Of a DNA stretch of 64,000 nucleotides, positions 47,976 to 58,138 are shown piece by piece. The notes under the pieces are model-generated. The model was not told the DNA's origin and did no database searches. It saw only the letters and a program-made list of their open reading frames with translations. A program made the translations under genes and the position numbers. Where the stretch lies: NCBI GenBank assembly GCA_028277945.1, contig JANQFH010000008.1, forward strand, positions 195,442 to 259,441, read 5' to 3'. The DNA comes from Oligoflexia bacterium. GTDB taxonomy: Bacteria > Bdellovibrionota_G > JANQFH01. Each line of letters begins with the position of its first letter. Within the stretch, counting starts at the first letter, position 1.

Positions 47976-49151
47976 GTGGATAGGTTAATGAGCGGAAGCT
48001 TGGTCCGTGTCTATGTTGTCCGATTTTGTGCTTCAAGCATTGAAGGGATCGTAGCCGTAATCACGATTACAGCCTTCATCAGAGCGACGGGATCAGTTAG
48101 TGCGGCAAACCTTCTCAATTCCATATTTTGGCTGACGTTATTTTTTGCAGAGCTGCCAACTGGCTATCTAACAGATAAGTGGGGTGGTAAAAGAGCGCTA
48201 GGTATTAGCTTAACTCTACGGGCTATTGGGTTTTTAATTTTCTACCTTGCTGGAGGCTCTTGGATTCTGCTTATAGTAGGCTGTATATTAACAGGCGTCG
48301 CTGTAACTTTCCTAAGTGGAACCTTTGAGCTACAAGTAAAGCAAATTCAAAAAGAGGCACAGACACAAGAGCTAGCCGGAGATTCCTCAAAGACCGTCAT
48401 TTCTTATCTACATTTTTCTCACTATCTGGGCCTATGTACCGGGTCACTTCTCGTAACACTTTGGCTGCTTAAAATGGAGATACAGACAGCATGGCTATTG
48501 TCGGCTTGTCTATCATTTATTGCGCTCGGTATCTTATCCTTTACCTGGGATTCTCTTAAGCCTGCTTATGATAAGGGTCCTTTTATTCATTTCAAAGAAG
48601 CTGTCTCGAAAGTTATTAATGAGCAGAAAGTTCGGAGCCTATTTGTATATCAATTTATCTTTGTACTTTTTTCGATATCGTTTCTAACGAACTGGGTAGT
48701 GATTTTTGTCCCAAGACTAGACAATACGCCGATTCAGCTCGGCGTATTAACGGTGGTTTTTTCTATGCTGATTAGTTTTTTTGTATGGACGTGGAAGTAC
48801 CTAGAGATACTTAAAAGATTAACTATACCTTATGTTTTCATTGGATTTTCTATATCGCAAGTGCTCGCATGCAGCGATGTTATGGTGTTTAGATTTCTTG
48901 GCGGATTAGGTGCCTTATTTTTCTTTGCTGGCTGCCAGATAGGCATCCGGCATGCAATATTTTCATCTATTTCGTCCTCGAAAGCGGGAGCTATCTTGTC
49001 GCTATTTAGTTTGCAGGAAAATTTTTCTGGTTGGGTTGGTTTACTTTCATTGGCATTCTTTCTGAAGCTCTATTCAGTTGAGGTATCCTGGATAGCCTCA
49101 GGAGCCTGCATGGTTGCTGCAGTTGGCTTTTATTCATTCCATCGACGTTGA
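47976..49151 (+). CDS. MFS-type transporter
   Basis: 391-aa polytopic membrane protein; motif-A-like loop GYLTDKWGGKRAL; GTG start at 47976 or ATG at 47988. Confidence 0.55.
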   Translation: MDRLMSGSLVRVYVVRFCASSIEGIVAVITITAFIRATGSVSAANLLNSIFWLTLFFAELPTGYLTDKWGGKRALGISLTLRAIGFLIFYLAGGSWILLIVGCILTGVAVTFLSGTFELQVKQIQKEAQTQELAGDSSKTVISYLHFSHYLGLCTGSLLVTLWLLKMEIQTAWLLSACLSFIALGILSFTWDSLKPAYDKGPFIHFKEAVSKVINEQKVRSLFVYQFIFVLFSISFLTNWVVIFVPRLDNTPIQLGVLTVVFSMLISFFVWTWKYLEILKRLTIPYVFIGFSISQVLACSDVMVFRFLGGLGALFFFAGCQIGIRHAIFSSISSSKAGAILSLFSLQENFSGWVGLLSLAFFLKLYSVEVSWIASGACMVAAVGFYSFHRR

Positions 49152-49213
49152 AAGGACCGGTTAATAGCTACGGTCATATTGCACTTTCAGCTTCTATGAT
49201 CTATTAAGTCGAA

Positions 49214-50011
49214 ATGGCAAGAAAGTCGGTCTACACAAAGGAGTGGTGGAACGCCGCATTTCAAGGAGGTGTCTATCCTCTTACGCAACTGGCGGCCTTA
49301 AAGGATCAAGTGGGGTTAACGCGAAGAGAGGTTCAGGGTATTAAAAAACTGTTGAATCTTCCAAAAGGGTCAAAGATCTTGGATTTAGGATGCGGAGTCG
49401 GACGACACTCGCTAGGTCTTGCAAGACATTCATATGATGTAACCGGAGTTGACATCTCGAATACGTTCCTTAGATATGCACGAGCGAGAGCTAGAAAAAT
49501 GAAACTGCAAGTCAATTTTATACGAAAAGATATGCGACTCCTATCTTTCAAGGGTCAATTTGATGCAGCTATAAATATTTTTACCAGCTTCGGATACTTT
49601 CCGCAAAAGTCTGATGATCTCCGCGTTGCTAGAAAAGTCTGTAAATGCCTTAAGCCAGGCGGTAAATTTCTTCTAGAGATCTTCAACGGTACAAAAATTC
49701 AAAAACTCCTGGTTAATGCCAATAGCAATAGAGAACCCGTCCGCCGCTGGTATGAATTTGCAGATAGGAGTCTGCTGTTAGAGCATCCAAGCTACTCCAA
49801 GCGTCTCGGGGGGACAGTCACGAGGTGGATTTATATCACTAAGGGAAAACGAAAAGAAGTGACTTCGTTCACCAGAGCGTATTCTAAGAGCAGTTTAGTC
49901 CATTTGCTGAAAAATGCAGGATTCAGACAGGTGACAGTTTATGGAGACCTGGAATGTTCACGTTACTATCCGCATAAATCTAACCGCCTAGTAGCAGTAG
50001 CAACGAAGTAG
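49214..50011 (+). CDS. class I SAM-dependent methyltransferase
   Basis: 265-aa ORF with motif I ILDLGCGVGRHS and downstream acidic-loop and motif-II-like segments. Confidence 0.75.
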   Translation: MARKSVYTKEWWNAAFQGGVYPLTQLAALKDQVGLTRREVQGIKKLLNLPKGSKILDLGCGVGRHSLGLARHSYDVTGVDISNTFLRYARARARKMKLQVNFIRKDMRLLSFKGQFDAAINIFTSFGYFPQKSDDLRVARKVCKCLKPGGKFLLEIFNGTKIQKLLVNANSNREPVRRWYEFADRSLLLEHPSYSKRLGGTVTRWIYITKGKRKEVTSFTRAYSKSSLVHLLKNAGFRQVTVYGDLECSRYYPHKSNRLVAVATK

Positions 50012-50306
50012 AGGATGACGGGGGAAAACTAGCAGTCGATCGACAATTTGGAAACCCTATTCCGGATTTTGAGGATATACTAAATGGAAGATTTTGAGAC
50101 ATTGACTCCGCAAATAAATCCTATGGGCGCTATTCGTCCTGTATCCTACGACCAACGGTTGAGGAGGCTGTACGCCGCTATCCTGAGAGTGTCACAATGC
50201 AAAAACTCGTTCAGGCGTTAAAAGCTGCTACTCCGTTCCCCACGCCAGTTCCTAAAAATTAAATCGCTATTCACTGCTTCGGTTGGTGGCAACGCATTAG
50301 GGAAAA

Positions 50307-50426
50307 AATTCCCGATCGGTAATAAATAGGCCTCAAATCTGTCTTATTTGATATAAAATTCCCGATCAGGAATAATTTTCTTGATTTCAGTCTAGGTGTA
50401 GATTAATATTCCCGTACGGGAATATG
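50307..50426. promoter_or_regulatory. three spaced palindromic operator-like sites upstream of hipBA
   Basis: AATTCCCGATCGGTAAT (about 50307..50323), ATTCCCGATCAGGAAT (about 50358..50373) and the perfect 16-bp palindrome ATTCCCGTACGGGAAT (50407..50422) at about 50-bp spacing; the third ends 1 bp before the hipB ATG at 50424. Confidence 0.55.
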
Positions 50427-50654
50427 AAACAGGCAGCAGCACAGATTGGTCATTTAGTGAAAAAGACCCGTAAAAGTCTAGGTGTCACCCAGAAGGAGTT
50501 GGCGCTGACCTCGGGTACAGGTCTGCGCTTCATCATTGAGCTGGAGAAGGGCAAACCGACCTGTCAACTAGCCAAGGTGCTGACGGTTCTACATACGCTG
50601 GGCATCAAGCTTGAGCTAACGGCGCCAGCCACTGCAAGAGATGACGGCAAATGA
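50424..50654 (+). CDS. hipB: HipB-like XRE-family HTH antitoxin
   Basis: 76-aa ORF with HTH segment LGVTQKELALTSGTGLRFIIELEKGK; overlaps the hipA start by 4 nt. Confidence 0.7.
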   Translation: MKQAAAQIGHLVKKTRKSLGVTQKELALTSGTGLRFIIELEKGKPTCQLAKVLTVLHTLGIKLELTAPATARDDGK

Positions 50655-51907
50655 GCAAGACTCTTGATGTTTATTTGTACCGCCACCTGGTTGGCTGCCT
50701 CATACAGGATGAGCATGGTCTGATGGTATTTGATTATGCAGAGAACTGGCTAGAGAATCCCAACGCAATTCCTCTATCGTGTTCGCTACCGCTAAGAAAA
50801 GAGCGCTTCTCGTTTAAGGAATGCCGAGGATTTTTTACCGGCGTCCTACCAGAAGAAAGTAAACGAGAGGTGATTGCGCGCATTTTTGGAATTAGTGCAC
50901 GCAATGACTTTGCCATGCTTGAGCAAATTGGCGGTGAGTGCGCTGGAGCAGTTACTTTCATTCCCACTGGTCAATTGTTGCCGGAGCGTGACGAGCACTA
51001 CCGTGAGGTTTCCAACCAAGAGTTGGCGGAAGTTCTTCGAACACTACCAACTCGGCCCCTTTTGGCGGGAGAAGAGGGCGTCCGTCTATCGCTAGCAGGT
51101 GCACAGGACAAAATTGCTGTTCGTATGGATGGCGATAGAATCTCCATTCCGCTTGGAGACTCTCCCAGCACACACATCCTGAAGCCCGACATCGAGCGTT
51201 TCCAAGGGGTGGTTTTCAACGAGGCGCTCTGTATGCAATTGGCGGCCTCTATCGGCCTACCAACGGCGAATGTACAAACCCGCAGCGTTGAAGGCATCGA
51301 TTATCTTTTGATTGAACGCTATGACCGAGTGGTTCATATGACGTCCGATGGTCAGGCAAAGCTTCAACGTCTGCATCAGGAGGATTTTTGTCAGGCACTC
51401 GGTATTCCATCCGAGATGAAGTACCAGAGCGAGGGAGGGCCATCTCTCAAACAGTGCTTTAGCTTACTGCGAGAAGTTTCCAGCGCACCGGTGATCGACC
51501 TACAGCATCTTCTAGATGCCGTTATTTTTAATCTGCTGATTGGCAATCACGATGCGCATGCAAAGAACTTTTCATTTTTGTATGGAGATGGGACATCAGT
51601 AGAGCGGGGGACAAGACTTGCACCTCTGTATGATCTGATCAGCACCGTCTATTACCCAGAACTATCCAAGAAGATGGCCATGAAAATTGGTGGTGAGTAT
51701 GCTGCAGACAAAATCTTCCCAAGACATTTTGAGAGACTTGCCGAAGAGGCTGCCTTAGCCAAGCCGATGGTCAAGAAACGTATACCGGAGGTAGCTGAAT
51801 CCCTGATACACAGTCTAAGCAGCTTAACTACTGAAGAGTCGGTAGCAAAGGGTGTCACTCAAACTATACAAAAGCAGGCTGAATTGGTTCTGGAACGATT
51901 CAGATAA
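50651..51907 (+). CDS. hipA: HipA-family serine/threonine kinase toxin
   Basis: 418-aa ORF; HipA N-terminal region and catalytic motif FNLLIGNHDAHAKNFSF, plus LAGAQDKIAV. Confidence 0.85.
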   Translation: MSKTLDVYLYRHLVGCLIQDEHGLMVFDYAENWLENPNAIPLSCSLPLRKERFSFKECRGFFTGVLPEESKREVIARIFGISARNDFAMLEQIGGECAGAVTFIPTGQLLPERDEHYREVSNQELAEVLRTLPTRPLLAGEEGVRLSLAGAQDKIAVRMDGDRISIPLGDSPSTHILKPDIERFQGVVFNEALCMQLAASIGLPTANVQTRSVEGIDYLLIERYDRVVHMTSDGQAKLQRLHQEDFCQALGIPSEMKYQSEGGPSLKQCFSLLREVSSAPVIDLQHLLDAVIFNLLIGNHDAHAKNFSFLYGDGTSVERGTRLAPLYDLISTVYYPELSKKMAMKIGGEYAADKIFPRHFERLAEEAALAKPMVKKRIPEVAESLIHSLSSLTTEESVAKGVTQTIQKQAELVLERFR

Positions 51908-51913
51908 GGTTAG

Positions 51914-52180
51914 TTATTTCCCCCATCCGATATATTTCTTGTAACCTTTTTCTAAATTTATAATTTCAAAGACATCACCATCAAATGTTGAGCACTGCAA
52001 TTTTTTTCCATTACATCCAAGATTGGCGTAGTTAATTTCTGGCTGGTGTCTGGATGGCGGTGCTAGGGTCCACATTTCTTTACCGTTTAGATCGAACGCT
52101 CGGATGTTTTGTGGGTCTCTGGATTCAAAGAGAAAGACGATGAGTTTATCAGCTAGGTAGGCTGTTTGATACATTCCCAC
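51914..52180 (-). CDS. immunity-like small protein, N-terminally shortened paralog of 52293..52658
   Basis: 88-aa ORF sharing RDPQNIRAFDLNG ... DVFEIINLEKGYKK with 52293..52658; in-frame stop about 8 codons upstream of its start. Confidence 0.4.
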   Translation of the reverse strand: MGMYQTAYLADKLIVFLFESRDPQNIRAFDLNGKEMWTLAPPSRHQPEINYANLGCNGKKLQCSTFDGDVFEIINLEKGYKKYIGWGK

Positions 52181-52292
52181 AATGCTTTGGGATTGGTACA
52201 GGCTTGAGGTTATCAGTTTTTATCTCTATGTTATCGCCGTTAGTAATAAAATATATTGAATTGAGCATTCTGAGTTTGCCAAACAACGTTGA

Positions 52293-52658
52293 TTACTTAC
52301 CCCATCTTTTTTTAAAACCTTTTTCTAGGTTTATGATCTCGAATACATCGCACTCCACTGTAGCGCATAGCAGACTGTTTTCATATTCCCATAGATTGAC
52401 GTAGTAGACCTCCGGTCTATATCTAGATGCCTTTGTTAGTGCCCATAATTCATTGCCATGGAGATCAAAAGCACGGATATTCTGTGGGTCTTTGGATCTA
52501 AAAAGTACAATAATGATGTTATCGATCAGATATCCTACTGTAATCTTCCCATATGTTTTAGGAAGGAGTATGGATTTGTGATTGTCTACTTTTATTTCTA
52601 TTCTATTGTCTCTTTCTAGAAGTTTTTGTAATTTCACCATATTATTGGTTCGCTCCAT
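52293..52658 (-). CDS. immunity-like small protein (downstream of large secreted toxin-like gene)
   Basis: 121-aa ORF overlapping the 3' end of 52634..54766; no signal peptide. Confidence 0.4.
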   Translation of the reverse strand: MERTNNMVKLQKLLERDNRIEIKVDNHKSILLPKTYGKITVGYLIDNIIIVLFRSKDPQNIRAFDLHGNELWALTKASRYRPEVYYVNLWEYENSLLCATVECDVFEIINLEKGFKKRWGK

Positions 52659-54766
52659 GCTTCAACCGATGATTCTAGAGGTTCATCAATCAATTCCCAT
52701 TGAATGCCTCCACCCGGAGTACCGAATTCATCAACTTTGTCGACGATTCCCTTTCTTAGAACAGTACTCGTAGGGACACGAACTTCGACCATGAAGGTCA
52801 TACTATTATTTGGAGGAAGAGAATATAAATCCCTTACAACACTTTTACTCAGAGTTCGAGGATCAACTTCCATTAACCATGGCCCCATTTTGTCAGAATT
52901 ATCTCCAAACACTCGATAGAAGATTTTTGTTTCTTTTAGTTCTATTGTTTCAACAATCTGATTTGGGGCATAGGGCCTGATACCTTTGGCATATTTCCAA
53001 TAGCTGTCAACCGCACCGGCGGTCTGTTTGCCAGGAAGAGCAGCTTTTGCCAGTTTGGTCCAGGTCGAGGCTTGTGTGAGCTCTTCTGGGGTTATCTGGT
53101 CCTTTTGTACGGCGCGGAAGCCGCGAAGGGAGAGGAGGACAGGACGTTTTTTGACGAAGGCTTCTACGGTCTCTGGGCCCAGCTCTGCGACCACCGTGGC
53201 GAATCCGGCGCTGGCCTGCTTTTCTCCGGAAATGGCCATCTTTAGGGCGATGGCTTGGGTATAGGGGCCGAGACGGGGCAGGGTATCGACAAGAACGCCA
53301 GACTGTAATGCCTTTGCCATCCTGGCGTGGTGGATTTTGGCGAGGGGGATGCCAACTTTACTCAAGACAACGCGTAATGATTGGACGCCGATGGCTCTGG
53401 CAAGACCGCCGATGGTATTAACGCCGAGGCTGCCGAGTGCCAGGACCGTTTCCCCAGCTATCCCTGGGGCAGTGATGGCGTCACGATCCACAAAGCCATC
53501 GGTGAGATACTTGGCGATGGCTGCTGCGGTTGCTGCTCGCAGGTAGTCGCCTTGGGAGAGGGCCTCTTGGCTACTGCGGATCTGCTCCTGCAGTAGGGCA
53601 GGTGAGTACGGTTGGTTGTAAGGGGTGATCTTACCGGCAACCACCTGCTGGTTGTAAAGGGCAGCACGGATCAGGGTGTTGAACACGGCACTTTCGGCTG
53701 CTGCATCGATCTCCGCCAGTCCTTCGTGCAGAGTGCGTTCAAAATCGTAACTGCGGAGAATTCCCGCCAGTCCTGAACGGAGTGTGGCGAGTTTCGTGCG
53801 CATGCTTTCAAAAAGCTCACGGGTTGCCAGCATCGAGGCATGCAAGTTGGGATCTTCAATCAGATCGGCAACAGCCTCGATGGTAAGCAGATGCAGATCA
53901 ACAGCTTCGGTGAGCTCTAAGACAAGATACTCGTCGTTGACACGAATGGCCTCCTCGACTTTGGCTCCTAGAGGCGCGTACGCAGCTGCCAGGGACTGTT
54001 TGAGTGGGTCTCTGAGAAGAGAGAGAGGATTTTGAAAGACATCATGGAAGATCTGTTCAGGGTTCCAGAGATTTTCTAGATCCACCTCCTGCATGGCTTC
54101 TTCAATGAGCTCTCTGTGGGTGGCACGGGCCATGTTTGCTACTGCCTTGTCCCCCTCTAAGGTATCGAGGCCGACGACAATGGTGTTTTCACTCAAGTGG
54201 CTCCATTTGAGATTTGCCTGTTGATGAAAGCGCTGGTAAAGCGCTTGCATCCGGGGGATTAAGGATTGTTGTTCGTAACCTTTCCACTGTTGGTGTTTGA
54301 TGCGGATCACTTCTGAATTGGGACGAACAGTGTGCAATGGCTCAGGTCTTTTAGGTGGCTCTCTAGGATCGACCTCACCAGGATGAGGTCTGTCCCAGTG
54401 AAAGGGATCGAAGTCATTAAAATGATCATGACCGTTGCTGTTGGGAAGGTCGTCTTCAGCATACTGTTCATCGACCGGATGAGGTCGTTCTGTCGGGTTT
54501 TTTGGGGATTCGTTCTTTACGGGAAATTCAACATCACGCTCCATCGTGACGGTGATTTTTCCTGTTTTAGGATCTATATAAACTCCAGGATAACCTCCAG
54601 GCATGATGTCTTTAGGCGCGTGGTTATTTCCTGGTTTTTCGACCTCGCTCCCATTGCCATCACCGCCGCCTGTTTCCTGAGCGCTAGCTGATAAATCAAC
54701 AGCTGATGTGGCCATGATATAGAGAGTCAACAAGAAGGTGATAAATCTCTTCAGAGAGTCCTTCAT
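52634..54766 (-). CDS. large secreted polymorphic-toxin-like protein
   Basis: 710-aa ORF; signal peptide, Gly/Pro-rich region, long helical region; C-terminal about 100 residues contain an R ... TST ... QWE arrangement (FYRVFG, PTSTVL, IQWELID) compatible with, but not proving, an ADP-ribosyltransferase-like domain. Confidence 0.45.
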   Translation of the reverse strand: MKDSLKRFITFLLTLYIMATSAVDLSASAQETGGGDGNGSEVEKPGNNHAPKDIMPGGYPGVYIDPKTGKITVTMERDVEFPVKNESPKNPTERPHPVDEQYAEDDLPNSNGHDHFNDFDPFHWDRPHPGEVDPREPPKRPEPLHTVRPNSEVIRIKHQQWKGYEQQSLIPRMQALYQRFHQQANLKWSHLSENTIVVGLDTLEGDKAVANMARATHRELIEEAMQEVDLENLWNPEQIFHDVFQNPLSLLRDPLKQSLAAAYAPLGAKVEEAIRVNDEYLVLELTEAVDLHLLTIEAVADLIEDPNLHASMLATRELFESMRTKLATLRSGLAGILRSYDFERTLHEGLAEIDAAAESAVFNTLIRAALYNQQVVAGKITPYNQPYSPALLQEQIRSSQEALSQGDYLRAATAAAIAKYLTDGFVDRDAITAPGIAGETVLALGSLGVNTIGGLARAIGVQSLRVVLSKVGIPLAKIHHARMAKALQSGVLVDTLPRLGPYTQAIALKMAISGEKQASAGFATVVAELGPETVEAFVKKRPVLLSLRGFRAVQKDQITPEELTQASTWTKLAKAALPGKQTAGAVDSYWKYAKGIRPYAPNQIVETIELKETKIFYRVFGDNSDKMGPWLMEVDPRTLSKSVVRDLYSLPPNNSMTFMVEVRVPTSTVLRKGIVDKVDEFGTPGGGIQWELIDEPLESSVEAWSEPIIW

Positions 54767-54767
54767 G

Positions 54768-55964
54768 TTAATCTTCTTCTAGTTTGTTGAGAGCTAGTTC
54801 CGCGAACGCGGCATATGTGCCATGGCTGTCTTCGTTAGCGATTTCTGCGTAGAGTAGAAGTGCCTTTGCCTGTTCAAGCTCTGCTGGCAGGACTCTGCCG
54901 CTCTTTTCTAGCTTGCGGATACGCTTTTGGATCCAATAGGAAGGTGGATTCTTTGTGACCAGGCGTCGGTATTTTTTGACCTTTGCTGTCCATTCAACGG
55001 CCAGCTCTTTTGCCTTTTTCGCCTCTTTTTCGCGCAAATCAAGCGACAGTAGGGCATTAAGGAGGATGAGAGAACCTGTTTGCAGGACTTCTAACCTTCG
55101 TAGGGCCTCAAAGTAACGGTAGTGCAGGAGTAAAGCATCTTGAAACTGTTGCTCCAGCTCCACCAATACATTCTCGGCATCGTAGTAGGCGTCAAGACTG
55201 ACTTCTGCATGAGCCAGCCTCTCCTGAAAATCCTTGTACATACCATGGGCTAAAACTTCGGAGGTGTGGTCGAGGTATTTCTCCAAAGTTTCGCCATACT
55301 GCTCGAAAATGCGCCCATAAGCTTGCTCGACTTGTGGCAATGGTTGCCTGAGCTTTTCGCAGTAATCCACCAGAGGGGAGAAACCATGTGATTTGAGCCA
55401 AGAGATTGCACCTGCAAGGGATGGCTTGTAGCCGTATTGCAGATCTTGTGAATATTCGGGAGGAATGGCATCTACAAGTCGGTCGGCGTTGGTTTCGAGG
55501 ACGATGCGACACTGTGCTTCCATGGACGATAACGACCTACGGTATCGTTCCAAGGCCGTGGTGGCTTTATGTTCTTCCTCGGCAAACCCAAAAGCCGCCG
55601 TATGGAGCTTTTGTGTCCACTGCTTTGCCTCTTCAGCCCCTAGACTCTCAACCTCCGGAGGTTGTATTACTTGGACATTCTCAGCAGCTACAGCAATGGT
55701 CCTGAATGCAGACTTCATCACCTCACGATGTTTGACCCCTTGTAGATATGCCCCATTCAAGAAATCGTAGGCTTGCAGGCGGGCCTTTTCATGGACTATC
55801 TTGCGTTTTAGCTCATCTTTTTGCGTCTCAATTTCTCTCCTCTCACGTGCCATTTCTTCGACAGATTGTGCCTGACTAAGAGAAGGAAGTGAGACAAACA
55901 ACAAAAGTAAAAGAGGAAGATTGAACAGGTTTGTCATAACAACGTTACTTTTAATCGCCCTCAA
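54768..55964 (-). CDS. secreted coiled-coil hypothetical protein
   Basis: 398-aa ORF with signal peptide (LFVSLPSLSQAQS); 1-bp gap to the downstream toxin-like gene. Confidence 0.4.
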   Translation of the reverse strand: MRAIKSNVVMTNLFNLPLLLLLFVSLPSLSQAQSVEEMARERREIETQKDELKRKIVHEKARLQAYDFLNGAYLQGVKHREVMKSAFRTIAVAAENVQVIQPPEVESLGAEEAKQWTQKLHTAAFGFAEEEHKATTALERYRRSLSSMEAQCRIVLETNADRLVDAIPPEYSQDLQYGYKPSLAGAISWLKSHGFSPLVDYCEKLRQPLPQVEQAYGRIFEQYGETLEKYLDHTSEVLAHGMYKDFQERLAHAEVSLDAYYDAENVLVELEQQFQDALLLHYRYFEALRRLEVLQTGSLILLNALLSLDLREKEAKKAKELAVEWTAKVKKYRRLVTKNPPSYWIQKRIRKLEKSGRVLPAELEQAKALLLYAEIANEDSHGTYAAFAELALNKLEED

Positions 55965-55969
55965 TAGTG

Positions 55970-57538
55970 CTAATAGCGGCGTCCTACTTGGTCTCCATAT
56001 CTATCTAGTATAGGAGTTTGCGTCCTGTACTTTTTATCGCCTTCGATAGCCCCAATAGCGGCGTCCTCCTTGGCCTCCATACACTTTGTATAGAGCAGAT
56101 CGCGTCCTGTATCTTTTAAGGCGCGAATAAACTTTTGCAGGTGTTTGGTTTCATCTTGCACTTCAAAACTCTTGGAAATCAGCATGGCATGCAGCTCTGT
56201 TAAGCGAGTGAATGCTCTGCCTATCTCGTCTTCCGGGCCGACTGTATCTGTAGGTTCCTGCATAAGGCTGTAAACGGCGATCAGGCGCTCATAGTCGCTT
56301 AGCGACAATTCTTCGTCTTCATAGAGCTCTTCTACTGTCTTCCGAAACGCTTTCGGGCGCTTCTCGATCTTAGCTAGCGTCCATTCCTGCAGATTCCCTA
56401 CTTTTTTGAGTAACAACAGCCCTTCGAGTGTTGCGGCTGTAAGTTCTAACTCTTGGAAGGTATCGTCGTACTCCTCATCGTTTATAGCGCGGAGACGATC
56501 GATGATTCTTTTTAGCGAGGATTCGGATTTCTTGAAATAGGCTTTGAATATCCTGCGTGCCTCAAAATTGACCATTAACGCTCTTTCAAGATCTTCTTTG
56601 TCTGATTTAATTAGCGTTTCGAGCCAACTCAGGCGATTTTCTGCATCACCAAGGTTTGTGCAAGCTTCGAGCACAGAGTCTTCATAAACAAGGAGATCGT
56701 AACCAACGAGGTTAAGGGAGTAACTACGAAGCATCCCAACAGGCATTTTTATCTTTATTGTTGTGTTTCCCAGCAGGTCTAACTGCTGTCTCATGCTGGA
56801 CCTTGCTGTGTAGGTCCATCGCTGTGGTCCTCTTTCTTGACACCAAAATCCGTCTTTAGGATTATGATGGTGTGCGTGACGCCCATTTAAATTGCAGTAA
56901 CACCAGCCACTGTCACCCGTGTAGGTGGGTTTTCCATAGCGCCAATGATCCTCGGGAAAGACGATTTCAACACGGTGCATACGGTATAGAGAGTTTAACT
57001 TGCTTAAAGGGGTGTCACCGAGAAATGCATTGGTCGTCTGTTCGGTGCGAAATTTATTCCAGTCTATGACTGCGAGTGGAAGAGGAAAGTTTTCAATATC
57101 ATACCTCTTATAAGATGCTGGAGGATCTAACGCAGACGAGAAAGGTCGATAGCTGACGGTTGTTTGGGGAAATGGATATTTGTATTTAAACAGTGTTTCG
57201 TCATTTTGTTTATAATAGAGCTTAAAATAGACGTTGCTTCCTAAGAGCTGCTGCTCCAGCTCTCTATGTACTTCGGAATCATCAATTCCTTCGCCTTTCG
57301 CACCCATCTTGCCAAATAGCCGAACTTTGTAGGTGGCGGGATAGAGATATGATTCTCTTTCGTCAATATCCTCAAAATCTGAAAGGAATAATCCCAAGGA
57401 AGGAAGGCCTTGCTTCATCGCATAGCTGTTAACGTAGTAAATTTCACTCTTAGCCCAGGAGATTGGTGGAAAAATAATTAGGACCATGGTTAGAAGCAGA
57501 AAATATAGCCAGGGGATATGTGTTACTCGGTTTGACAT
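55970..57538 (-). CDS. membrane-anchored hypothetical protein
   Basis: 522-aa ORF; N-terminal TM/signal segment; His-rich patch HAHHHNPKDGFWC; first gene of a same-strand string ending at 51914. Confidence 0.4.
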   Translation of the reverse strand: MSNRVTHIPWLYFLLLTMVLIIFPPISWAKSEIYYVNSYAMKQGLPSLGLFLSDFEDIDERESYLYPATYKVRLFGKMGAKGEGIDDSEVHRELEQQLLGSNVYFKLYYKQNDETLFKYKYPFPQTTVSYRPFSSALDPPASYKRYDIENFPLPLAVIDWNKFRTEQTTNAFLGDTPLSKLNSLYRMHRVEIVFPEDHWRYGKPTYTGDSGWCYCNLNGRHAHHHNPKDGFWCQERGPQRWTYTARSSMRQQLDLLGNTTIKIKMPVGMLRSYSLNLVGYDLLVYEDSVLEACTNLGDAENRLSWLETLIKSDKEDLERALMVNFEARRIFKAYFKKSESSLKRIIDRLRAINDEEYDDTFQELELTAATLEGLLLLKKVGNLQEWTLAKIEKRPKAFRKTVEELYEDEELSLSDYERLIAVYSLMQEPTDTVGPEDEIGRAFTRLTELHAMLISKSFEVQDETKHLQKFIRALKDTGRDLLYTKCMEAKEDAAIGAIEGDKKYRTQTPILDRYGDQVGRRY

Positions 57539-57901
57539 GTGGCACTTTCCATGTGCAAAGAAAATGCCACTGTCATTTCGAAACGCCGATCTCTGCTAAA
57601 TTACAACAGAGATGTTCATTGAAAATTGAAGCTTAAGATCTATGCATATTTTTTTCAGTTGTTGGTTCCTCGTACAGGCTATTGCATATCTGGGCAACTT
57701 GTCTCTTCAGCAGGCAATGACAGATGGGAGAATCACTGAAAGGTGGACGGGATCGGCTGTTCATGTCTAACCTTATGATATAACAGGGATAAACGACTAA
57801 ACTGCAAGGCACAGGAGTTGCAAAAGTTAGATCAAAGAACTTGACGGAGCCCCAAAAAGTATATACTATTAAATATATACTATAATCTCGTCCTGAGTAA
57901 G

Positions 57902-58138
57902 GTGATGAAACAAGCGAAGCTATTTAAGAACGGTCAGAGTCAGGCGGTGAGACTGCCGAAGGAATTTCGTTTTAAGGGGAATCGGGTATTTATTCGTCGG
58001 ATTGGGAATGCTGTGGTACTTCTTCCTGAAGATCAGCCATGGCAACCACTGTTAGAAAGCCTGGAACACTTTTCAGATGATTTTATGCAGCAACGTCGTC
58101 AGCCTTCCTCGCAAGAGAGAGATCTCTCTTTTGACTGA
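57902..58138 (+). CDS. vapB: AbrB/MazE-fold antitoxin (VapB-type)
   Basis: 78-aa ORF with SpoVT/AbrB-like segment KNGQSQAVRLPKEFRF; stop overlaps the vapC start. Confidence 0.7.
   Translation: MMKQAKLFKNGQSQAVRLPKEFRFKGNRVFIRRIGNAVVLLPEDQPWQPLLESLEHFSDDFMQQRRQPSSQERDLSFD

Noticed and set aside
50040-50290. Short ORFs in the intergenic region upstream of the hipBA operators
   Set aside because: Each is under 45 codons, has no RBS and no recognisable motif; possibly a decayed gene fragment but unsupported
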